Made by a program: the position numbers and the translations under genes | Notes under the pieces: generated by a model | Database searches by the model: none | Told to the model about the DNA's origin: nothing | The model's input: the letters and a program-made list of their open reading frames with translations, nothing else | DNA from: Bacteroidota bacterium | GTDB lineage: Bacteria; Bacteroidota; Bacteroidia; UKL13-3 | Assembly: GCA_947460345.1 (NCBI GenBank) | Contig: CANHGM010000002.1 | Coordinates: 113,504 to 177,503 of the forward strand | DNA: 64,000 bases | Direction: 5' to 3' | Shown: positions 49,697 through 59,570 of the stretch, piece by piece | Numbering within the stretch: the stretch's first letter is position 1 | How the letters are laid out: the number at the start of each line of letters is the position of its first letter

Positions 49697-50566
49697 ATGT
49701 TATACTTAATTGTTTGCATATTGGCTTCGGCAGGAATGACTTTATTGTTTAAAGTATTCGAACTCAAAAAAATCAATAACCTTCAAGCTATTTTAGCCAA
49801 TTATTTAACTGCTTCTTTTTGTTGTAATATGGCTTGTAAAGAAGGTCCAGTTATACTTACAAATTTTTGGCAAAATGATTGGTTTGTTTTCTCAGTTTTT
49901 TTAGGTGTTTTTTTTATAGTTGTTTTTTATGCTATGGCTATGACAGCTCAAAAAGTAGCTGTATCGGTAAGTATAGTAGCTAGTAAAATGTCGTTAGTTA
50001 TAACATTGTTTTTCCTTTATATATATTATCAAGAAGCTATGAATATTTATAAATGGTTATCCATAGGAGGGGCTTTGTTTGCTGTTTACCTCACTACTAA
50101 GCGTGAAGAAAAAACAAAACTCTCTGGTCATTGGGCATATATATATCCATTAATGGTTTTCATTGGAAGTGGTATTGTGGATTCGTCTTTGAAATATTTA
50201 GAAATTACATTTTTTAAAACAGCTGACGTGAACGCTCCGTTAGGTATGATATTCTTTTTTGCAGGGATTTCCGGTTTAGTGGTATATCTTCTTAATCAAA
50301 CGAAAGAACGCAATCCTATTCAATTAAAATCAATCATTGGCGGAATATGTTTGGGCTTGCTTAACTATATATCAACATACACATTGCTAAAAACTTTAAG
50401 TGATAAAATCTTAACTGATTCAGTTATTTTTCCAATTATAAATATTGGTGTGGTTATAGTTGCCTCGGTTGTAGCTATGGTTTTTTTTAAGGAGCATTTA
50501 AGTAAAAAAAACTTTGTTGGAATAGCTTTAGCAGTTTTAAGTATTTTTATTTTAGCCATAAGTTAA
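49697..50566 (+). CDS. Polytopic membrane protein (DMT/EamA-like permease candidate)
   Basis: 289 aa with about 10 TM helices. No diagnostic motif recognised. Confidence 0.35.
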   Translation: MLYLIVCILASAGMTLLFKVFELKKINNLQAILANYLTASFCCNMACKEGPVILTNFWQNDWFVFSVFLGVFFIVVFYAMAMTAQKVAVSVSIVASKMSLVITLFFLYIYYQEAMNIYKWLSIGGALFAVYLTTKREEKTKLSGHWAYIYPLMVFIGSGIVDSSLKYLEITFFKTADVNAPLGMIFFFAGISGLVVYLLNQTKERNPIQLKSIIGGICLGLLNYISTYTLLKTLSDKILTDSVIFPIINIGVVIVASVVAMVFFKEHLSKKNFVGIALAVLSIFILAIS

Positions 50567-50571
50567 TTGAT

Positions 50572-51180
50572 ATGTTTTTTGGTGATACATATAAAACAAT
50601 AAAGATTGCTACAGAGAGTCAGCTTAGAGAAAAAGCCAGCAAGTTTTTTGGCTTTGCATATCCAATTAAAAATGAACAAGAAGCCAAAGAAATAATACAG
50701 TCACTAAAAAAAAAGTATCCCGATGCTTCACATCATTGTTATGCATATATACTTGGTTTAAATAAAGATATATTTAGAGCCAATGATGATGGTGAACCAG
50801 CAAATACAGCCGGCAAGCCAATTCATAGAGCTATTCAATCATTAGGTGTTACTGATGTGTTAGTGGTTGTTGTGAGATATTTTGGAGGCACGCTTTTAGG
50901 AGTACCAGGGTTAATTAATGCATATGGTAATAGTGCCAAACAAACTCTTGAAATGGCTGAAATAGTTGACAAGACAGTTGAAGAAACATATGAAGTGAAT
51001 TGTACTTACGAACAAGAGAATGAGGTTTTTAAAATATTAAAACAACACGAGGCTGTAATGGTTGGAATAGAAAAGACATCTGAAGTTAAAATAACATTTA
51101 CTGTTAGAAAATCAGCAGCAAATGATATATATGAAAAAGTTATAAAAAATACAAATGCTAAAATTGCATTTATAAAGTGA
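50572..51180 (+). CDS. YigZ / IMPACT family protein
   Basis: 202 aa with the IMPACT core HHCYAYILG...NDDGEPANTAGKPI. Confidence 0.75.
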   Translation: MFFGDTYKTIKIATESQLREKASKFFGFAYPIKNEQEAKEIIQSLKKKYPDASHHCYAYILGLNKDIFRANDDGEPANTAGKPIHRAIQSLGVTDVLVVVVRYFGGTLLGVPGLINAYGNSAKQTLEMAEIVDKTVEETYEVNCTYEQENEVFKILKQHEAVMVGIEKTSEVKITFTVRKSAANDIYEKVIKNTNAKIAFIK

Positions 51181-52333
51181 TTCCAGTTTTTAATCCAACA
51201 AAATATAGGTGTTCTTTGGCAGGATATGCTTTGATATATGTAGATGTAATTTGATATCTAAGCTCTATTCCTGTGTTAAATTGGGTACCAAGAAACTGAT
51301 ATGTAATAGAAGGGGTAGCTTGAATCGTTACATTGATTAGTTTAGTTTTACCATTCCATACAGCATATTCTCTTCCGAGCAAGCCTGCAGATTCTGGTGT
51401 AGATTCATATATTCGTGTTGAAAGCGTTGCTCCTCCATCTAAATTTAATTTATAAGACGAGAATTTTTTGCTAGATCCGATTAAGAAAGGTGTTTCTAAA
51501 TAACAGATTCGGTATGCTGATCTAACTTCTTGCTGATTTGCATCTACCTTATTCATAACACTAGTGGTGTTGTATGTAGTGAATTTATTTTTTATATCAT
51601 AACCACCTATATATACTTGAACGCCTGATTTTAAATAAAATTTGTTTCTCACATATTTAGATCCAGAAATACCAAATAACACACCAGCTATTGCTTGATG
51701 CTGCTTCCAATCAAAACCATCGGTGTTTGTAAAGCTATTGGGGTTGTTTATATTATTAGATACATAATTTAGTTTTCTAAAAGAATAACCCGTTGACGCA
51801 AAAATATTCCAATTAATTGATGAAGGCTTGGCTGTTTTTAATTTTAAAACATGAGGGGATTTAATAGACTGCTTTATAGGTTTTAGAGCAATATCTTTAA
51901 CATGTATTTGAATAGGGTTTATTTCTTCTGTTGGGGTTGTCGGGTTACTGTATAAACTTAAATCTATATTGTTTTGTTTGAAAGAAACAAAAGAATATAA
52001 TTGATATGAAGGTTGTTTTGTTAAAAAGGTGTTCGATGAAAAGTTACTCGTCGAAAAGATGGAAGGAGCTAAATCTATTGAATGTCTTTTGATAAAATTT
52101 GAATGCATATAAGACTTTGGATTGGGTTTGTTTTTATTGGCTAAATGCCACGAAAAATATAATACTGAAACCACTGCACAAAACGCGAAAATATTTTGAT
52201 AACGTTTTGTTTTTTGATATGATTTAATGCCATTAGCAACTACCCCAAATGATGTTTTTCTAGGACTGATATTAAAACTATCAGCACCCGATTTTAAAAT
52301 ACCGTCAAACTCATCTAGGTTCTTTATTGACAT
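51170..52333 (-). CDS. Single-pass membrane protein downstream of ECF sigma (putative anti-sigma factor with beta-rich periplasmic domain)
   Basis: 387 aa with a cytoplasmic N-terminal segment of about 45 aa, one TM helix (IFAFCAVVSVLYFSWHL), and a beta-rich C-terminal region. Confidence 0.35.
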   Translation of the reverse strand: MSIKNLDEFDGILKSGADSFNISPRKTSFGVVANGIKSYQKTKRYQNIFAFCAVVSVLYFSWHLANKNKPNPKSYMHSNFIKRHSIDLAPSIFSTSNFSSNTFLTKQPSYQLYSFVSFKQNNIDLSLYSNPTTPTEEINPIQIHVKDIALKPIKQSIKSPHVLKLKTAKPSSINWNIFASTGYSFRKLNYVSNNINNPNSFTNTDGFDWKQHQAIAGVLFGISGSKYVRNKFYLKSGVQVYIGGYDIKNKFTTYNTTSVMNKVDANQQEVRSAYRICYLETPFLIGSSKKFSSYKLNLDGGATLSTRIYESTPESAGLLGREYAVWNGKTKLINVTIQATPSITYQFLGTQFNTGIELRYQITSTYIKAYPAKEHLYFVGLKTGITL

Positions 52334-52335
52334 AC

Positions 52336-52498
52336 TTATTTTTCAGTATTTTTAGGTTGGGTAGTTTCAGTAGATTGCTTTTCAGTTTCTTTTATCTCCT
52401 CAGACTCTTTAGACCAATTTTTTTTTGGGCTAGCCACAATGTTATCACTGCTTTTTTTGAGCATTTCGTCAAACAAATCTCTTTCTAACTCTTCTGAC
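52336..52498 (-). CDS. Unannotated 54-aa acidic small ORF between the sigma factor and the anti-sigma candidate
   Basis: MSEELERDLFDEMLKKSSDNIVASPKKNWSKESEEIKETEKQSTETTQPKNTEK*, read from the minus strand. Its stop lies 2 nt before the next ATG, which suggests translational coupling. It is below the 60-aa ORF-track cutoff. Confidence 0.25.
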
Positions 52499-52504
52499 AT
52501 TTGA

Positions 52505-53071
52505 TTATATTTTTACTGTTTCGTTACCTATACTTTGAATTCGGCCTTTGGCACTAAGTATTCTAGCAATTAACATTCTACCTCTTACATATTGCGATCT
52601 GCTTACACTCTCTGAGATTTGTAGCATTAATGATATTTCTTTATGAGAATAGCCATCTATACTATATAAATTAAGAACTGTTCTAAATCCTATGGGTAAA
52701 GATTTAAGTGTTTCAATTATATCTTTTGCATTTAAATTAGCATCTGCTTCTATAGGTTCATAAGATAAATCTTCAGCTTGAGATTTGTCAACTATATGGG
52801 TTAAATCGTTTTTTTGTTTTACATAATCTACAGCAAAAGTAACCATAGTTTGACATAGCCATTTTTCTAAACTTATTTCAGTTGTATATCGATGAAATTC
52901 TGTAAATATTTTAACAAAGGCTCGCTGCAATAAAAACTCTGCTTCATTAATATTACCCAAGTATCTATAACAAATCCCCAACATTTTTGAAGCATATATG
53001 TCATAAATTGCCTGCTGAGACTGAAAGTCCTGGTTTAAGCAACCTTTGATGAGATCTTTTTCTAGAGTCAT
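52505..53071 (-). CDS. RNA polymerase sigma-70 family factor, ECF subfamily
   Basis: 188 aa with region 2 (QQAIYDIYASKMLGICYRYL..AEFLLQRAFVKIF) and region 4 HTH (LPIGFRTVLNLYSIDGYSHKEISLML). Confidence 0.75.
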   Translation of the reverse strand: MTLEKDLIKGCLNQDFQSQQAIYDIYASKMLGICYRYLGNINEAEFLLQRAFVKIFTEFHRYTTEISLEKWLCQTMVTFAVDYVKQKNDLTHIVDKSQAEDLSYEPIEADANLNAKDIIETLKSLPIGFRTVLNLYSIDGYSHKEISLMLQISESVSRSQYVRGRMLIARILSAKGRIQSIGNETVKI

Positions 53072-53176
53072 ATTTGACTGATGTTTAACTAAATGTTACT
53101 GCAAATATGAACAATATATTTGAAATTTAAACACAAAATAATATCCTTACACATTTATTACTAATCATTTGTATCA

Positions 53177-54601
53177 TTGCACAAACAAATGGAATTTAAT
53201 TCTCTACTTTTTTTATTGTTTTTTGGTTTAGTAACACTTTTGTATCATCAATTTGGCAAAAGTCTAAAGCCTTATTTTCTGTTGATTGTCAGTTGTTTTT
53301 TTTACATGGCTTTTAAGCCTGTATATATACTTATTTTAGTTTTAACTATTGCAGTAGATTATTATGCAGCCATAAAAATACAGCAACATACTGGGACATT
53401 AAAAAAAAGGTGGTATATATTTAGCATTGTTATTACTTGTGCTATCTTGTTTGTTTTTAAGTATTTTAACTTTTTTACTTTAAATATAATAGCATTGGCC
53501 GATGTTTTTCATATTCAAAAACCTTGGACATTAATGTATATTTTGCTACCTATTGGCCTGTCATTTCATACTTTTCAAAGTTTAAGTTATGTAAGCGAAG
53601 TATATTATGGAGGATACAAACCTGAAAGAAATTTTTGGATATATAGTTTGTATGTGATGTTCTATCCGCAATTGGTAGCAGGCCCTATAGAAAGACCTCA
53701 AGGATTGCTGGATCAACTAAAAAACCAACCCAAAACTACAGCCAATGATATATACTCTGGTTTACTTTTAATGCTCTGGGGGTTTTTTAAGAAACTTTGT
53801 ATAGCTGATAGACTAGCCGATTTTGTAAATCTAACCTATGCTAACCCAAATAAACACAACAGTATCGAAATTGCATTAGCAATTATATTTTTTGGTATAC
53901 AAATATATTGCGATTTTTCAGCATATAGTGATATAGCTATCGGTTCAGCCAGAACTATGGGGTATAAATTAAATATAAATTTTAACAGACCATATATAGC
54001 CCATTCATTTGCTGATTTTTGGCACCGTTGGCATATAAGTTTATCTACTTGGTTTAGAGATTATGTATATATACCTATGGGTGGAAATAGAGGGTCTAAG
54101 TTTAAAAAAAATATAAATATATTAACCACCTTTACTATCAGTGGGTTGTGGCATGGGGCAAATTTTACATTTGTGTTGTGGGGATTTATTCACGGGTTGT
54201 TTTTAGCTATAGAAAAAGAGTATATTGAGAAAATTAAATATAGCTTTTCTAAAAAAATATATACCGTATTAGTGTTTATCACTGTAAGTCTGTTATGGGT
54301 TTTATTTAGAGCTGAAAATTTCACAAAAGCCATACAAATATATAAAGGCTTGTTTTTAAAAATAAAGTTTGCCATTCCATTCGGAAGTGGTTTTGAAAAA
54401 GTCTCGTCATTAGCAATTGTTCCTTTTGTGTTAGTATTAATGTTTTATATGGAAAAAAGAGGCGGATTGCATCCTTTGTATCATTTTACACAACATAAAT
54501 CATTTGCTTTTCAAACGGTGTTTATATTGGCTTTCATATTCGTTATTTTGTCGTTTGGTGCATTCATTTCTCCATCTTCATTTATATATTTCCAGTTTTA
54601 A
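53177..54601 (+). CDS. MBOAT family O-acyltransferase (AlgI/DltB-like)
   Basis: 474 aa, polytopic. Carries the conserved catalytic His region FWHRWHISLSTWFRDYVYIPMGGNRG. Confidence 0.8.
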   Translation: MHKQMEFNSLLFLLFFGLVTLLYHQFGKSLKPYFLLIVSCFFYMAFKPVYILILVLTIAVDYYAAIKIQQHTGTLKKRWYIFSIVITCAILFVFKYFNFFTLNIIALADVFHIQKPWTLMYILLPIGLSFHTFQSLSYVSEVYYGGYKPERNFWIYSLYVMFYPQLVAGPIERPQGLLDQLKNQPKTTANDIYSGLLLMLWGFFKKLCIADRLADFVNLTYANPNKHNSIEIALAIIFFGIQIYCDFSAYSDIAIGSARTMGYKLNINFNRPYIAHSFADFWHRWHISLSTWFRDYVYIPMGGNRGSKFKKNINILTTFTISGLWHGANFTFVLWGFIHGLFLAIEKEYIEKIKYSFSKKIYTVLVFITVSLLWVLFRAENFTKAIQIYKGLFLKIKFAIPFGSGFEKVSSLAIVPFVLVLMFYMEKRGGLHPLYHFTQHKSFAFQTVFILAFIFVILSFGAFISPSSFIYFQF

Positions 54602-55332
54602 AAATCTATACAACCCATTATTATTCCTTGGTATCTCCATTTTCTTAACCACATTTGATAGGTTTGGTTATTTTTAAATATATACTCTTTACTAGCTTTA
54701 TAATATATTGTCTTTTTAAGTTTCGTTTCGAAAGTGATTCTAATTTTTGTGTTTTCATATTTCTTATCAAAATATACTTCATAATATTTGTCAGAAATAC
54801 GGGTAATTTTTAAAGGAAAAATTTCTTTGTTGTCAATTTCAAAAAACAAATCACCATCATGGTCATCATGAAAAGGATGGCCAAAGAAATTAATTTTTAT
54901 GTTGAAAGCAGTATCTTCTTTTGCTTCAGGGTTTGCATTTTTTGAGTTTTTTTCTGAGGTTGTGGTTATATAATCATCTGCGTTATTTGGTATCATCCGA
55001 ATTTGGCTATGGCTTATGTTAATGCTTAAAGCCAAAGTTGCAGCAATGGATGTAAGCCCTTTCCAATAATTTGCCAATACCCAAGTGTTTGGTTTTTCTA
55101 TTACGTAAGTTATATTCAGTTGCCCAGCTTTAAACCTACCACAAAAACCTTTTGGGGTGTTTTTAAAAAAATCAATAAGTTGTTCGTCACTGTATTGCGT
55201 AAAGTCTATAATGTTTGTTTGACAACTACTGCAAAATTTTCCTGTTTCTGAAAGTTTCATTTTTTGCCAATTCTCATTACAAGGATTATTGATTGTAGGA
55301 TGAATATATGCTGGCATACACACAAGACACAA
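54598..55332 (-). CDS. Hypothetical protein with N-terminal C-x2-C...C-x2-C zinc-ribbon-like segment
   Basis: 244-aa ORF (start uncertain; an internal MKLSETGKFCSSCQ is also possible), with a possible TM segment around WVLANYWKGLTSIAATLAL. Confidence 0.25.
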   Translation of the reverse strand: MCLVCMPAYIHPTINNPCNENWQKMKLSETGKFCSSCQTNIIDFTQYSDEQLIDFFKNTPKGFCGRFKAGQLNITYVIEKPNTWVLANYWKGLTSIAATLALSINISHSQIRMIPNNADDYITTTSEKNSKNANPEAKEDTAFNIKINFFGHPFHDDHDGDLFFEIDNKEIFPLKITRISDKYYEVYFDKKYENTKIRITFETKLKKTIYYKASKEYIFKNNQTYQMWLRKWRYQGIIMGCIDF

Positions 55333-55522
55333 ATAAATACAACTAGGTTAACTTTAACTTTTGAATTTTTAAAAACAATTTCGTTTGAATTGTGAAATTC
55401 TGTCAGATTTTGTCGCAGTTTTAGAAAGCTGTTTTAGGTGATATAAGCCAAGTTATGCCAATTTGAATGTGAAAATATTTGGCAAAATGCTTGATAACCA
55501 TGAGTAAAGAAAAAAATAAAAC

Positions 55523-57421
55523 ATGGCAAAAATTATAGGAATTGACCTCGGAACAACTAACTCTTGCGTATCAGTAATGGAAGGCAATGAGCCAGTAGTT
55601 ATCGCAAACAGTGAAGGTAAAAGAACTACTCCCTCTATTGTTGCATTTTTAAAAGATGGTGAACGTAAAATTGGAGACCCTGCTAAACGTCAGGCTATTA
55701 CAAATCCAAAAAATACTATTTCATCAATCAAAAGATTTATGGGGAACACCTTTGACCAAGTAGAATTGGAAAGAGGTCGTATGCCATACGAAGTTGTTAA
55801 AGGAGATAATAATACTCCAAGAGTAAAAATTGACGAGAGATTATATTCACCTCAAGAAATCAGTGCAATGATTCTTCAAAAAATGAAGAAAACTGCTGAA
55901 GACTTTCTAGGTTATGAAGTGAAAGAAGCTGTAATCACAGTACCTGCATATTTTAACGATGCACAAAGACAAGCTACCAAAGAAGCTGGTGAGATTGCTG
56001 GACTTACAGTTAAACGTATCATCAACGAACCAACTGCTGCAGCATTAGCTTATGGTTTAGACAAGAAAAATATAGATCAAAAAATAGTGGTGTTTGATTG
56101 TGGTGGAGGAACCCACGATGTATCAGTACTTGAATTGGGCGAAGGCGTATTTGAAGTAAAATCAACTGATGGTGATACTCACCTTGGTGGTGACGACTTT
56201 GACCAACGTATCATCGATTGGTTGGTTCAAGAGTTTAAAGATGAAAACAGTGGATTAGATTTGAGCAAAGACCCAATGGCTTTGCAACGTTTGAAAGAAG
56301 CTGCTGAAAAAGCTAAGATTGAATTATCAAGTTCTTCTGTTTCAGAAATAAACTTACCATATATCATGCCAGTAGATGGCATACCTAAGCACTTAGTACG
56401 CTCATTAAGCAGAGCTAAGTTTGAACAATTGGTTGACGATTTAATTCAACGTACCATCGAGCCATGTAAATCAGCACTTAAAAATGCAGGGTATACAATT
56501 GGTGATATAGATGAAATAATCATGGTGGGTGGCTCTACTCGTATTCCGGCTATTCAAGCAGCTGTTGAGAAGTTCTTTGGTAAAACTCCAAACAAAGGTG
56601 TAAACCCAGATGAGGTTGTTGCGATTGGTGCTGCTATTCAAGGAGGCGTGTTGACAGGTGAAGTGAAAGATGTATTGTTGTTAGATGTAACGCCACTTTC
56701 ATTAGGAATTGAAACCATGGGAGGTGTGATGACTAAATTAATAGAGTCTAACACTACTATTCCAACTAAAAAATCAGAAGTGTTCTCTACAGCAAGCGAT
56801 AACCAACCGTCAGTAGAGATTCATATATTACAAGGTGAAAGACCAATGGCTAATCAAAACAGAACCATTGGAAGATTTCATTTAGACAGTATTCCGCCAG
56901 CACAACGTGGAGTGCCTCAAATTGAAGTAACATTTGATATAGATGCAAATGGTATCTTAAATGTGAGTGCTAAAGACAAAGGAACTGGTAAAGAGCAAAA
57001 AATTAGAATTGAAGCTTCAAGTGGATTGAGTGACGCAGATATCAAACGCATGAAAGACGAAGCAACTGCTAATGCAGAAACAGACAGAAAAGCCAAAGAA
57101 GAAGTAGATAAATTAAACACCGCTGACACTTTAGTTTTCAGTACTGAAAAGCAATTGAAAGAATATGGTGATAAAATTCCAGCTGAGAAAAAACAAGCCA
57201 TTGAAGATGCTTGTAACCAATTGAAAACAGCACAACAAAACAAAGATTTTGCAGCCATTGATACAGCTAGTGAAGCTTTGAACAACGCATGGCAAGCAGC
57301 ATCACAAGATATGTATAATGCAACACAAGGTGAGCAACAACCAGGTGCTGAAGGTCAAGCTAATCAAGAGACTCCTAAAGACAAAGAAGTTACGGATGTT
57401 GACTTTGAAGAAGTAAAATAA
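55523..57421 (+). CDS. dnaK: Molecular chaperone DnaK (Hsp70)
   Basis: 632 aa with all the canonical Hsp70 blocks: [31 protein letters not shown], and the C-terminal EEVK. Confidence 0.97.
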   Translation: MAKIIGIDLGTTNSCVSVMEGNEPVVIANSEGKRTTPSIVAFLKDGERKIGDPAKRQAITNPKNTISSIKRFMGNTFDQVELERGRMPYEVVKGDNNTPRVKIDERLYSPQEISAMILQKMKKTAEDFLGYEVKEAVITVPAYFNDAQRQATKEAGEIAGLTVKRIINEPTAAALAYGLDKKNIDQKIVVFDCGGGTHDVSVLELGEGVFEVKSTDGDTHLGGDDFDQRIIDWLVQEFKDENSGLDLSKDPMALQRLKEAAEKAKIELSSSSVSEINLPYIMPVDGIPKHLVRSLSRAKFEQLVDDLIQRTIEPCKSALKNAGYTIGDIDEIIMVGGSTRIPAIQAAVEKFFGKTPNKGVNPDEVVAIGAAIQGGVLTGEVKDVLLLDVTPLSLGIETMGGVMTKLIESNTTIPTKKSEVFSTASDNQPSVEIHILQGERPMANQNRTIGRFHLDSIPPAQRGVPQIEVTFDIDANGILNVSAKDKGTGKEQKIRIEASSGLSDADIKRMKDEATANAETDRKAKEEVDKLNTADTLVFSTEKQLKEYGDKIPAEKKQAIEDACNQLKTAQQNKDFAAIDTASEALNNAWQAASQDMYNATQGEQQPGAEGQANQETPKDKEVTDVDFEEVK

Positions 57422-57444
57422 TAAACCTATTTAATAAGTATATA

Positions 57445-57477
57445 AAACCCTGACCTTAATTGGTTGGGGTTTTTTGT
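57445..57477 (+). terminator. Rho-independent terminator after dnaK
   Basis: Hairpin aaaaccctgacc / ggttggggtttt (with G-U wobbles), followed by a T-run. Confidence 0.5.
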
Positions 57478-57553
57478 TTAGTCAAATTAAAATATATTGT
57501 TCATATACTTTTGTTTTTCATATTTTTGCGTAAACTAAATACAATATAATTTT

Positions 57554-58012
57554 ATGGGAGACAATACTTTAAAAGTACTATTAGTTGCAATAACTATTGT
57601 TGCAGCTGTTGAAGGCGTTATGCTTGCATCTGGTGGAAATACACCAACCCAAACTTCATGTGATGATTCTCAAAGATATCCATCTGAGATTATTGCTGAT
57701 AATGATGGAGGTGTAAATATAGACATCAAAACAAAAGAAGCTCAAATTACTGCTTATACTGATTTAGTAAAAGAAGATTCAAGTGCTTTTAGGTTTTGTA
57801 TCATCAGCAAAAAAGCCATCGATTCAATATTTTCAAGCGATGCAAAACATAATGCTTTGATTTGTGAAATGGCAATGAACGAAGATAATACGGCTAAAAC
57901 CATAATTTTCTCTGGCTTAACATCTAAACATTTTGAAATAACAGACAATATCGCCAATTCAAAAAACTTTGCGTCTAGATATTATTGCCCAAGAAGATGC
58001 CAAGTTGATTGA
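57554..58012 (+). CDS. Hypothetical protein with N-terminal hydrophobic anchor
   Basis: 152-aa ORF with no recognised domain. Confidence 0.3.
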   Translation: MGDNTLKVLLVAITIVAAVEGVMLASGGNTPTQTSCDDSQRYPSEIIADNDGGVNIDIKTKEAQITAYTDLVKEDSSAFRFCIISKKAIDSIFSSDAKHNALICEMAMNEDNTAKTIIFSGLTSKHFEITDNIANSKNFASRYYCPRRCQVD

Positions 58013-58031
58013 GCATTATAATGGTTGAATT

Positions 58032-59537
58032 ATGAAAAAATGCTTTTTTGTCTTTTTTTCTATTCTGACAAGTTATAGTCAGTTGATGGCTAGTGATGCT
58101 TATTTAGAGATAATTTCAAAGCTTAAAAAAGCAACTCAAGTAGATACAGGTTTAATAAATTTAGCCAATGCTGAGGCTTTAGATTTAGCCCTAAATGGCC
58201 AATATAAAAAAGCAGAACAAATTAGTGCTTTAACCTATAGTCAAAGTAAAAAAGATAATTATAAAAGAGGCCAAGCGGCATCTTTATATACATATTCAAT
58301 TATAAAACTTGGAAAAGGTGATGTAGAAAATGGTTTGAACCATTTAGTTGAATCAAGAGTGATATATGAATCAATAAATGATTCTAATGGAATTGTAAAA
58401 TGTTATGTAGAGTCTGGAATTACATATTTTACTCAAAAAGAATTTAAAGATGCTTTAAGGGAATTTGAAAATTGTTATAAATTTATTCAAATTAAAGAAG
58501 AAAATAAAATAGCTTTAAATAGGTATTTATCTGGTTTGTGTTTGATAGAGTTGAATTTATATGAGCGAGCAGAGTTATATTTAAAACAGGCTGAACAATT
58601 ATATATTAAAAACAACCTGATTTTTAATACACATGAATGTTATACAGGTTTAGCAGAGTTATATTTTAAAAGAAAAGAACTTGCTTTGGCTAAAAAATAC
58701 TATGAAAAGAACATAGATTATTTCTTAGATGAAAAAGAGTACACAGGTTTGGCTATAAATACTTTTGGTTTAGGTAATATATATAATTTACAAAACAACT
58801 ATAAAGAGGCTAAAAAGTATTATTTAAATGCATATAACTATAGTCTGCTTTCGGGTGAATTGTATAGAAAAGATGAATATGCTAAAGCTTTGTCAGCGTT
58901 ATATTTGAAAGAAAAAGATTATAAGAATGCATATACATATAACGAAATTTTTCATGCGGCACATGATACTTTTTACAACAGTGAAAACTCAAAAGCAGTA
59001 AATACGCTTCAATCAAAGTTGAAAATTGCAAGAAAGCAATATGAAAACGATTTGTTAAAGAAACAACAGATTGCTAAAGATCAAATTATAGCTGCTCAGA
59101 CTAATTTTTTATATGTAGTGGTAGGAGCATCAGCTTTGCTTTTAATATTTGCAATATATGCTTATGTTCAATTTCAAAACAAAAAACGTTTAAGCAAAGA
59201 ATTGCTCAGACTGAATAGCGATATTTTATTGTTATCTAAAGAAATTGAAGAAAAAAACAAATTATTAGAGAAAGACAATTATAAAAAAGCCATCAATATT
59301 CAAGCAAAAGAGAAGAGGATTTTAGATTTTGCTTTTTTTAATGCTCATGAGTTGAGAGCAGCTGTGGCCCGTATTCTAGGCCTAGTAAATGTTTTTAAAC
59401 ATAGTTATTATAACCAAGAAGATTTATCGACTATAGTCGAGATGGTTGAGAAATCAACACTAGGATTAGATGATATGGTTAAAGATTTTGGGAACAGACT
59501 CATTGTGATTGAAGAAGAAGAAAACAAAAGTGAGTAG
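58032..59537 (+). CDS. TPR-repeat membrane protein with C-terminal HisKA-like H-box but no ATPase domain
   Basis: 501 aa with a signal peptide, about 300 aa of TPR-like repeats, one TM helix (FLYVVVGASALLLIFAIYAYV), a coiled coil, and then FFNAHELRAAVARILGLVNV (H-box like sHELRtPL). The protein ends about 70 aa later without N/G1/G2 boxes. Confidence 0.5.
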   Translation: MKKCFFVFFSILTSYSQLMASDAYLEIISKLKKATQVDTGLINLANAEALDLALNGQYKKAEQISALTYSQSKKDNYKRGQAASLYTYSIIKLGKGDVENGLNHLVESRVIYESINDSNGIVKCYVESGITYFTQKEFKDALREFENCYKFIQIKEENKIALNRYLSGLCLIELNLYERAELYLKQAEQLYIKNNLIFNTHECYTGLAELYFKRKELALAKKYYEKNIDYFLDEKEYTGLAINTFGLGNIYNLQNNYKEAKKYYLNAYNYSLLSGELYRKDEYAKALSALYLKEKDYKNAYTYNEIFHAAHDTFYNSENSKAVNTLQSKLKIARKQYENDLLKKQQIAKDQIIAAQTNFLYVVVGASALLLIFAIYAYVQFQNKKRLSKELLRLNSDILLLSKEIEEKNKLLEKDNYKKAINIQAKEKRILDFAFFNAHELRAAVARILGLVNVFKHSYYNQEDLSTIVEMVEKSTLGLDDMVKDFGNRLIVIEEEENKSE

Positions 59538-59570
59538 GCGAAAAATGATTGAATTGAAGAATAAATAAAG

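Noticed and set aside
55500-55538. 12-codon uORF ([12 protein letters not shown]) overlapping the dnaK start
   Set aside because: It is too short and is A-rich by composition, so it is likely coincidental in an AT-rich leader. It has no known attenuation logic for dnaK in this phylum.
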